32,000 nt of DNA from Copranaerobaculum intestinale. Lineage in GTDB: Bacteria; Bacillota_I; Bacilli_A; Erysipelotrichales; Erysipelotrichaceae. The first letter of the stretch is position 1; every line of letters starts with the position of its first letter. The position numbers and the translations under genes are program-made. The stretch lies in NCBI RefSeq assembly GCF_009831105.1, contig NZ_WUUQ01000003.1, positions 155,872 through 187,871 on the forward strand, in the 5' to 3' direction. Below, piece after piece: positions 1 to 7,195 of this stretch. Below the pieces are notes generated by a model that ran no database searches, was not told where the DNA came from, and worked only from the letters and a program-made list of their open reading frames with translations.

Positions 1-759
1 AATTTTGGATTGCAGTTGAAATATGGTGTATACAATGATTATGGTATGCACAAGGAAGTATTGCAGGATCTGTTAATGTTCTATTCATCCAGTGAACAGA
101 AGCTGGTAACTTTGGATGAATATGTATCCCGCATGAAGGAAGGTCAGGAAGCGATTTATTTCATCAGCGGTGAGAACATTGATAAGATCGATAAGCTGCC
201 GCAGTGTGAGCTGGTAAAAGATAAAGGCTATGAAATTTTATATCTGACTGACAATGTGGATGAATTTGCACTTCAGGTTATGATGAATTATCAGGAAAAA
301 CCGTTTAAGAATATTAATCAGGGTGATTTGAATTTAGAAAGTGAAGAAGAAAAGAAGGAAATTGAATCAAAGGCAGAAGAAAACAAAGGATTGCTGGAGG
401 ATTTAAAGGATGTTTTAAAGGATAAAGTAAACGATGTTAAAATATCTTCCCGCTTAAAAACACATCCGGTATGCTTGACCAGCGATGAAGGAATGTCCTT
501 TGAAATGGAAAAAGTATTATCCAATATGCCGGATGGCAATCCATACGGTATGAAAGCAACACGGATTCTGGAGATCAATCCAAATCATGAAATCTTCCAA
601 GCGCTTCAGAAAATCTACGCTGAGGATAAGGATGCCATTGAGGATTACGCCGATCTGCTGTATAATCAGGCGCTGCTGATTGAAGGATTCCCAATCGAAG
701 ACCCTATGGATTTCTCCAATAAGATTTGTTCATTCATGGTGAAAGCAAGTAAGCTATAA
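1..759 (+). CDS. htpG: Molecular chaperone HtpG (Hsp90), C-terminal part. The gene starts upstream of the window.
   Basis: The reading frame is open from the window edge. The translation (…YFISGENIDKIDKLPQCELVKDKGYEILYLTDNVDEFALQ…EINPNHEIFQAL…LYNQALLIEGF) matches the conserved HtpG middle and C-terminal domains. A hairpin plus T-run follows. Confidence 0.9.
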   Translation, partial: NFGLQLKYGVYNDYGMHKEVLQDLLMFYSSSEQKLVTLDEYVSRMKEGQEAIYFISGENIDKIDKLPQCELVKDKGYEILYLTDNVDEFALQVMMNYQEKPFKNINQGDLNLESEEEKKEIESKAEENKGLLEDLKDVLKDKVNDVKISSRLKTHPVCLTSDEGMSFEMEKVLSNMPDGNPYGMKATRILEINPNHEIFQALQKIYAEDKDAIEDYADLLYNQALLIEGFPIEDPMDFSNKICSFMVKASKL

Positions 760-762
760 GAG

Positions 763-789
763 AGAAAGGTGTAATGCCTTTCTTTTTTT
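763..789 (+). terminator. Rho-independent terminator of htpG
   Basis: AGAAAGG-tgtaatg-CCTTTCT stem-loop followed by TTTTTT. Confidence 0.7.
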
Positions 790-836
790 ATAGTAGAAAA
801 TGACAAATTCATGTAGAATAAAAGCAGAAAGGCGGT

Positions 837-1457
837 ATGTGCATGATTCAAAATGTCATCTTTGATTTGGGCAATGTCGTATTGGATTTCCATCCATACG
901 CTTATTTTATAAAGGTTTTTCATGAGGAGGATCGAACTCGTGATATTTGCCGGAAGGTTTTTGAAGGGGAGCTTTGGAATGCGTACGATCAGGGATTGTA
1001 TACAAAGCAGGAATTGCGTGAACAGTTATGTAAACGGTATCCGGATGATGTTAAGGAGATTGAGACGGTATTAAATGAATGGCTGCATATTTTGGTAGTG
1101 CGTCCCGATACGGAAAGGCTGATGAAGCTTTTGAAACAGAAGGGCTATGACCTGTATATCATGTCCAATCTGAGCGAAGAATCCTATCGCTATCTGAAAG
1201 AACAGGAAGCTTTTTTCACATGGACGAAAGGTGCCGCATTATCATTTGCGGAGAAAATCAATAAACCGGATCCGCGTCTTTACCAGATTCTGACGGAACG
1301 TTATCATCTTGATAATGCTTCCTGCGTGTTTCTTGACGATCGTATTGAAAACATTGAAACAGCGGTGCGGCTAGGCATGCATGGCATTGTATACCGAAAT
1401 CATCAACAGGTGCTTCATGAGCTGCGTACACTTCTGGGGGAGGAGCTTGAATGCTGA
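837..1457 (+). CDS. HAD-superfamily hydrolase/phosphatase
   Basis: N-terminal HAD motif I (VIFDLGNVVLDF) and a later FLDD motif. GAAAGG Shine-Dalgarno (SD) at 827-832. An alternative ATG lies at 843. The stop overlaps the next gene's start (ATGCTGA). Confidence 0.8.
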   Translation: MCMIQNVIFDLGNVVLDFHPYAYFIKVFHEEDRTRDICRKVFEGELWNAYDQGLYTKQELREQLCKRYPDDVKEIETVLNEWLHILVVRPDTERLMKLLKQKGYDLYIMSNLSEESYRYLKEQEAFFTWTKGAALSFAEKINKPDPRLYQILTERYHLDNASCVFLDDRIENIETAVRLGMHGIVYRNHQQVLHELRTLLGEELEC

Positions 1458-2869
1458 AAGCGGGACAGAAACTGAATGTGAGAATTGCTTATGTCGATGA
1501 TGAAGGGAAGGGCATCGCTTATGATAAGCGGGATGCGATTATGGTATCGGGGGTTCTGGCAGATGAAGTAGCTGAAGTCCAGATACAGAAACGTTTAAAG
1601 CAGGGCTACAGCGCTCGGCTTGGGAAGATCGTAAAACCATCGAAGAATCGTTGTGAGCCTGTCTGTCCGCTGTTTCTTCGCTGCGGCAGCTGTCACCTTC
1701 AGCATATGCAAATGAATGCGCAGGCAGATTGGAAACAGGCGATGGTAGAACGCATGGTAAAAGAGAGCTCTCTGAAAGATTTGCAGGTACAAAATGTGAT
1801 AACAGCAACGAATCCGTATGGCTACCGAAATAAAATAATCATTGGTTTCACAAGGGATAAACAGGGGGTGCATGCTGGCTTTTATGAAGAATATTCACAT
1901 CGAATCGTACCGATGGAGGACTGTCTGCTGCACGATGATCTGTCTAATCAACTGATTAGAAGTTTAATTGCAATGGTTAAAAAATTACGAATTGAACCCT
2001 ATCAGGAAGACCGAAAGAAGGGCATCCTACGGCATATCTTGATCCGCAAGGGAGCGGTAAGCGGTCAGATCATGATCGTACTTATCACCAGCCAGTCGGC
2101 TTTTCCAGCGCGCGGACAGTTTGTAGATCAAATCCGAAAAGAATGGCCGGCCGTGAAAACGATAATTCAAAACATCAATCACCGCAGCACCAGCATCGTT
2201 TTGGGATCGGAAGAAAAGGTACTGTTTGGATCAGGATATATTGAGGATGAGCTTTGCGGCAACACGTATCGTATTTCAGCTTCTTCGTTTTATCAGATCA
2301 ATCATGAACAAACGGAGGTTCTTTATCAAAAAGCACTCAGCCTGTTAGAGACAAAAGGCAATGAAACTGTTTTGGATACATATTGTGGAATCGGTACGAT
2401 TGGAATGACGCTGGCACCGCATGTGAAGCAGGTAGTAGGAGTTGAGCTGAATAAGCAGGCTGTAAAAGATGCCATACAAAATGCCAAACGTAATCATGTA
2501 GATAATATACGATTTGTTGCCGAGGATGCCAGTGTGTATATGCAGAAACTGGCCGCCTCAAGACAGCGGGTGGATGTCGTTATTATGGATCCTCCGCGAA
2601 GCGGAAGCACACACCAGTTTATTCAGGCATGTGCACAGCTGAAACCGCGTGCCATTCTTTATATTTCCTGTAATCCGAAAACCCAAATACGCGATTTGGA
2701 AGTATTCAAATCAAAGGGCTATGTGTCAGATAAAATGTATTTGGTTGATTTATTTCCGCAGACAAATCATGTGGAAAGCATTAGCTTTTCGATATTCATT
2801 AAGGATGCTTTAAGGAGCATCTTTTTAAATTTTAATAACATAATGAACGATAGAGTTTATAAGAAATGA
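1451..2869 (+). CDS. rlmD: 23S rRNA (uracil-C5)-methyltransferase, RlmD/RumA family (TRAM domain, 4Fe-4S Cys cluster, SAM methyltransferase fold)
   Basis: N-terminal TRAM-like domain, CPLFLRCGSCHLQH cysteine cluster, SAM-binding DTYCGIGTIG, and catalytic region DPPRSG…YISCNP. GGAGGAG SD sits 5 nt upstream. The last ~30 aa are atypical (see findings). Confidence 0.85.
   Translation: MLKAGQKLNVRIAYVDDEGKGIAYDKRDAIMVSGVLADEVAEVQIQKRLKQGYSARLGKIVKPSKNRCEPVCPLFLRCGSCHLQHMQMNAQADWKQAMVERMVKESSLKDLQVQNVITATNPYGYRNKIIIGFTRDKQGVHAGFYEEYSHRIVPMEDCLLHDDLSNQLIRSLIAMVKKLRIEPYQEDRKKGILRHILIRKGAVSGQIMIVLITSQSAFPARGQFVDQIRKEWPAVKTIIQNINHRSTSIVLGSEEKVLFGSGYIEDELCGNTYRISASSFYQINHEQTEVLYQKALSLLETKGNETVLDTYCGIGTIGMTLAPHVKQVVGVELNKQAVKDAIQNAKRNHVDNIRFVAEDASVYMQKLAASRQRVDVVIMDPPRSGSTHQFIQACAQLKPRAILYISCNPKTQIRDLEVFKSKGYVSDKMYLVDLFPQTNHVESISFSIFIKDALRSIFLNFNNIMNDRVYKK
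2801..2826 (+). terminator. Terminator-like hairpin lying inside the 3' end of rlmD
   Basis: GATGCT-ttaagg-AGCATC followed by TTTTT, 43 nt before the annotated stop codon. Confidence 0.4.
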
Positions 2870-3268
2870 ATCAGCTCTTAACGACAAGATTAATCAAATT
2901 TTTGATATAGTTATAATTACAGGTTTGTAAATGATGTAATGCTTAAACAGCATTAAAAGCATATTGAATTTACAAATTGGTTTATGAAATTATCTAAAAT
3001 TGAAATGCATAGGTAATAGAATAAAAATGCAGCAGAATATAAAATTGGCTTGTCTATAAATATTAAATTTGTTGTAAATGTTATAAATAAACACAATGTT
3101 CAACACATAGAATTTATCAAAAAGCTAGTGAAAATGAAATAGTGGTAGCAGTAATATAAAGACTCTTTCTGTGTAACATAATCTAGCACATTTGACAAAT
3201 ATACTTGGTGGAATTTACCCTGATCAAGCAATATAATGAGATTATAAACAGATAGGGAGGAAATTAGT

Positions 3269-3733
3269 ATGAATTTGGGAAATAGCTTGTATCACGCAAG
3301 AAAAAAATGCGGATATTCACAAGAAACAGTTGCGGAAAAATTGGGAGTAAGCAGACAGACTGTCTCAAAATGGGAAACGGATGAAACAATACCCGACATA
3401 CGGCAATCCAAAAAAATGGCTGTACTTTACAAGATGTCTTTAGATGAGCTGATTGATTTTGACGTCGATATAAAAGAAATTCAAGATATTATTGAAAAAT
3501 CTAATGAAGCAACAGAAGAAAAAATTGACTGGACCAAAGCCTGGGGGAAAAAGTACCCGATTTTACTCACTTATCAAAATAAGGTGAATATTCCATATTT
3601 TGCACATGGTTTAAACAAAATGCTGGATGAATTACGACAGGAGTATCAATTCAGTGAACTAGACGCTATGCTGGTTCTGAAAGATATTTTGGGACAAACC
3701 TGGAAAAATCGTAAGCATCTGACAAGTAAATAA
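3269..3733 (+). CDS. XRE-family helix-turn-helix transcriptional regulator (154 aa)
   Basis: HTH_3 signature (GYSQETVAEKLGVSRQTVSKWETDETIPD). GGGAGG SD 8 nt upstream. The C-terminal ~85 aa have no motif I recognise. Confidence 0.8.
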   Translation: MNLGNSLYHARKKCGYSQETVAEKLGVSRQTVSKWETDETIPDIRQSKKMAVLYKMSLDELIDFDVDIKEIQDIIEKSNEATEEKIDWTKAWGKKYPILLTYQNKVNIPYFAHGLNKMLDELRQEYQFSELDAMLVLKDILGQTWKNRKHLTSK

Positions 3734-4036
3734 CAGGCAGCGGATTGAATATAAAGACGGAGGTAATATTGCGAACATATTTTTGCGGATGAGAACAAGG
3801 ACTCGTAATTGGCAAATACATGTTAATAACTGATCCATACATATTAAAAAATGAAGCTTTCTTGAGTGAAACAGCTAGAATTATAAGGAGTTGTTTCGCT
3901 TTTTTAGGTTTTGATATGCTGTAAGCTTCTGTATTCCTATATAAGTTGATGTGTAAACTATCGTTACGGAAAGGATACAATATTGTGAGAAGCTCATCGC
4001 ATTGGAAATTTGGTATCGCTGTTTGCACTGCGTAAA

Positions 4037-4071
4037 AAGAAATTGTTTAAGAAATTGAAAAATGATATACT
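4037..4071 (+). promoter_or_regulatory. Candidate promoter of the LytTR regulator gene, overlapped by a perfect 9-bp tandem direct repeat
   Basis: TTGTTT (4043-4048), a 17-nt spacer, then TGaTATACT (extended -10, 4063-4071). AAGAAATTG occurs at 4037-4045 and again at 4049-4057. Confidence 0.4.
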
Positions 4072-4114
4072 TTCCAATAGAAATAGATGTTATTTGTAGA
4101 AGGGTAGTGGGTGT

Positions 4115-4834
4115 GTGTATCGTATTGCAATCTGTGATGATGACAGAATATTCGTAAATCAATTAAATAAGCATATCGACGCAATTATGAATGACAGCAG
4201 ACTGATACGAGAAAAGGATTTTACTGTTGAACAATATCATGAAGCTAAAGCGTTGCAGCGGGTGATCGAACAAGATCAAAATCGTTATCAGCTTTTGCTG
4301 CTGGATATTGAATTATCGAATGACAGTGGCATGGATATGGCCAGAGCATTTCGCGAACAGCAGGTCAAAAGCAGTATCATTTATATTACCTCGCACCGTG
4401 ATTACATATACGACTGTTTCGACACTCAACCCTTGTGGTATTTATTAAAACCGATCGATTATGAGAAATTTAAAGAAATTCTCTTGTCTGATTATCGTAA
4501 AAATTATGCTGGTACGCGGCTTGTTATAAAGATTGAAGGCAGACAACTTGCCATTCCCCTTGATGAAATTTACGCACTGGAATCAACTCAGCATCGAACA
4601 AGAATTTGGCTGAAAGAGCAATTTCTTGATTGGAATGGAGCGCTTTCCGCCTTAAAGGTGCAGCTTCCTGCTTTTAGTTTCTGTCAATCTCATAACAGCT
4701 ATATCATAAATTTAAACCACGTTTTGGAAATACTTAGAACTGATGTTGTCATGGATAACCAGAAAACCTTTCCGATCAGCCGCCGATATCATGATCAGAC
4801 ATTAGAGAAATATTTTGCGTATTTAAGGCTGTGA
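4115..4834 (+). CDS. LytTR/AlgR-family two-component response regulator (GTG start)
   Basis: Receiver domain (ICDDD…LLLLDIEL…YITSH…LLKP) followed by a C-terminal LytTR DNA-binding domain (…ESTQHRTRIWL…CQSHNSYIINLNHV…FPISRRY). Confidence 0.85.
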   Translation: MYRIAICDDDRIFVNQLNKHIDAIMNDSRLIREKDFTVEQYHEAKALQRVIEQDQNRYQLLLLDIELSNDSGMDMARAFREQQVKSSIIYITSHRDYIYDCFDTQPLWYLLKPIDYEKFKEILLSDYRKNYAGTRLVIKIEGRQLAIPLDEIYALESTQHRTRIWLKEQFLDWNGALSALKVQLPAFSFCQSHNSYIINLNHVLEILRTDVVMDNQKTFPISRRYHDQTLEKYFAYLRL

Positions 4835-4842
4835 ATCATTAT

Positions 4843-4882
4843 GAAAATGCTGTCTATCCAATGGGATATGACAGCATCTTTT
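4843..4882. terminator. Bidirectional terminator between the convergent response-regulator and kinase genes
   Basis: ATGCTGTC(TATCC)…(GGATA)tGACAGCAT stem with an A-run on the 5' side and a T-run on the 3' side. It overlaps the kinase stop codon. Confidence 0.65.
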
Positions 4883-6779
4883 AGTTCTTCTTCTTTGTTG
4901 GCATAAGCAGCGCAGTCCGTACAATAACCGTATCATGCTCCAACTTGATTTGTAATTTGCTCATATATTTTTTTGCGATATCAGACATGGCCTTCATGCC
5001 GTATCCATGTCCTGCGCCTTTTTCGCTTAACAGCAATCCGGATTCTTTATCTATTTGGATATTTCCTTTATAAGAATTGACTGTTTCGATAAAGAGATAA
5101 CAACCGCGTACGTGCATTGTTAATTCTATTCTGCGTTTCTCTGTTTCAATGATCGGGTTTACTGCTTCAATCGCATTATCCAGCATATTCGTCAGCAGTG
5201 TACACAAATCGTTATCGGTAATGGAAAGATCTGCCGGTACCTCAAGGTGAAAGTCCATTTGGATATGCTCTTTTTTAACCTTGGCAAGTGCACGTGTAAT
5301 GATGGCATTTATCACGAAATGCTCGCATACTCTCATTGGCAGGATGGTTTCTGTTTCCTTAGTCAGCGCTGCCAGATAATTCTCTACTTGCTGCTTCTCA
5401 CCTTCACGGCTCATGTCAAGAAGGGTATGCAGATGCCGCAGCATATCATGGCGCATTTTGGCAATTTCAGTATTGCTTTCTTGGATGCTTTGAATATTTT
5501 CCTGCATCAGCTGATTTCTGGCAGACAGGATGGAAAGCTCACTTTGCATGTCCGCAGTCTGCTTGACACTCATAAAGCAGCTGATCCCTCCGGCGAGCAT
5601 CAGCAGTATACTGCCGCTGTATTGCAGTGCTTCATACAATTGTACAAATGGATTTTTTAGGATACTAACCAGGATTGAATTACTTCCGGACAGCAGCATG
5701 CAGGCATATGTAAGAAGGATCCCTGCGATGACAATGTAAAGAATTGGTGTGAATAAACGATAAACCTTATTATTATCTTTCCATTCTAGTACTGAAAAAA
5801 GACACAGTCCAAGCAATGGGATATAAAGCAGTGCATCATAGGAGTAAGCGGAAATAAAGGCTAACGACGGAAATCGCGCGGCGATATGAAGGATAACCGT
5901 CAGCCCAAACGGTATGCTGATGAATGGTGTGTACCACTTTTTCCAGCGCTTCATTTGAAACAGCATATACACCATTGGAAGTGCACACGCCATTGGTATG
6001 AGTAGATCAGCCGGTATGAAATTTAATGAATAATGAGAATAAAACCGAAATTCAAAATTTAATAAAATACGCAAAGCCTGCATGAAGGAGGCGGCGGTTA
6101 AAAGTAAGACAGCAGCAGCTTTGTTACCATGGTATAGATTAAAGAAAAATAACCCTAACAGCAGAAGTGCAGTAAACATGTAAATGGCGGCAGGCATCGC
6201 GAGCCGATTTGCATCGCTGACCAGCTGCTGTGATGCAATGGCTTCACTTGACATGCGGACCATCGGTAAACTTCGATATTCAGCTGCGGAATTGAATGAC
6301 AGGGCGATGGTCAATATCTTTCCCCCATAGTTAGGCGGCAATGTCAGACGTACATATTCGCCCATTCCAGGTACTCCGGAATATGATTTTGGAAATTTGA
6401 TATGACCGATCCGATTATCCAAAGCTGGATCAATAGTATAAAGTAGTTTGCCGTCCAAAAAGACACTTGTCTGCCAAGTAGTACCATCCAGCTCCAGCAC
6501 TGTGTAACCGTCTTTTTCAAACGCTTTATCCAGTTTCTGCGAGAGATAGTATGTATTACCACTCGGACTATCATAAAGTTCCTGTACAGAGACCGTGCTT
6601 TTTTTGCCGTTATCTATTTGATAGATATCCCAACCAGCCGCATCGTCAAAGGTAGGTGTGAGAAACTGTTTTTCAGCGTCAGTGCTTGTATAGGAATGCA
6701 TGAAAAATACAATTGCCAGGATGATGAGCGCATAAAGCGGCAGAAATATCAGCTTCCGGTTTCTTTTTAGCTTATCCAA
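4881..6779 (-). CDS. Membrane sensor histidine kinase, HPK10 (AgrC/LytS-like GHKL) class, with a large extracytoplasmic N-terminal domain and a polytopic membrane block (TTG start)
   Basis: Domain order: signal-anchor helix; a ~165-aa extracellular segment; about 6-7 hydrophobic helices (aa ~195-400); a coiled segment; H-box-like MRHDMLRHL; N-box LTNMLDNAIEA; G-box GAGHGYGMKAMSDIAKKY. AGAGGTG SD lies upstream of the TTG. Confidence 0.85.
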   Translation of the reverse strand: MDKLKRNRKLIFLPLYALIILAIVFFMHSYTSTDAEKQFLTPTFDDAAGWDIYQIDNGKKSTVSVQELYDSPSGNTYYLSQKLDKAFEKDGYTVLELDGTTWQTSVFLDGKLLYTIDPALDNRIGHIKFPKSYSGVPGMGEYVRLTLPPNYGGKILTIALSFNSAAEYRSLPMVRMSSEAIASQQLVSDANRLAMPAAIYMFTALLLLGLFFFNLYHGNKAAAVLLLTAASFMQALRILLNFEFRFYSHYSLNFIPADLLIPMACALPMVYMLFQMKRWKKWYTPFISIPFGLTVILHIAARFPSLAFISAYSYDALLYIPLLGLCLFSVLEWKDNNKVYRLFTPILYIVIAGILLTYACMLLSGSNSILVSILKNPFVQLYEALQYSGSILLMLAGGISCFMSVKQTADMQSELSILSARNQLMQENIQSIQESNTEIAKMRHDMLRHLHTLLDMSREGEKQQVENYLAALTKETETILPMRVCEHFVINAIITRALAKVKKEHIQMDFHLEVPADLSITDNDLCTLLTNMLDNAIEAVNPIIETEKRRIELTMHVRGCYLFIETVNSYKGNIQIDKESGLLLSEKGAGHGYGMKAMSDIAKKYMSKLQIKLEHDTVIVRTALLMPTKKKN

Positions 6780-6867
6780 ATCATGACACCTCTTTTTATA
6801 AAGAATAGCAGGAATGCCGGCTTAAAGGCAAGCTATAATCTTACCAGTTGAGTGAAAAAATCAACCA

Positions 6868-6889
6868 AGCAGGAATACCTGCTTTTTTT
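6868..6889 (+). terminator. Orphan terminator-like hairpin in the kinase/surface-protein intergenic region
   Basis: AGCAGG-aata-CCTGCT followed by six T on the + strand. No + strand CDS lies upstream of it. Confidence 0.5.
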
Positions 6890-7195
6890 GATCGTTACCT
6901 TTTTGTTAAAGTATGTACAAGTATAAGGGTACAGAGTTTTGAGGAAGGTGATAGAAATACATATTTCTGCTTGGGCATTTTTTGAGTAAGGAAAAGCAAA
7001 TAATATGGAAAGCGGTCATGAAAAACAGCGATTCATCGTGAAGCAATAAATGCCGGAATTCATGTATTGTTAATCATCTGAATTGGTAATGTGCATCACC
7101 TAATGGGAGAATAGAAGAATACAGTCCACGTTAACATATGCGTGATGCGGACTAAAAACGACTGATAAAAAATTATTGATTTTGGAAAGGAGCGT

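Noticed and set aside
318-923. Antisense or overlapping ORFs 318-578(-) and 666-923(-) within and after htpG
   Set aside because: They lie opposite a strongly conserved CDS or span its terminator. They have no SD, low-complexity translations and no recognisable motif.
1539-2561. Minus-strand ORFs 1539-1808, 1595-1873 and 2337-2561 inside rlmD
   Set aside because: They are antisense to a well-supported gene. Their Pro/Ser/His-rich translations are typical of shadow ORFs.
3985-4035. 16-codon ORF (GTG; MRSSSHWKFGIAVCTA) with an AAGGA SD upstream of the LytTR regulator, considered as a possible signalling-peptide gene
   Set aside because: It is far shorter than AgrD/ComC-type precursors and has no leader or double-glycine motif. 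There is no AgrB-like or ABC-peptidase processing gene nearby. The kinase has an extracellular domain rather than an AgrC-like peptide pocket. I kept it only as a note.
3666-4162. Minus-strand ORFs 3666-4028 (120 aa, GTG start) and 3881-4162 (93 aa), filling the gap between the XRE and LytTR genes
   Set aside because: They have no SD. They overlap the 3' end of the XRE gene and the promoter and start of the LytTR gene. No domain signature is visible. AT-rich sequence translated on the wrong strand gives such Ile/Asn/Tyr-rich products.
5247-6574. ORFs 5247-5660(+), 5530-5739(+) and 6344-6574(-) within the histidine kinase gene
   Set aside because: They are shadow ORFs inside a well-supported CDS.
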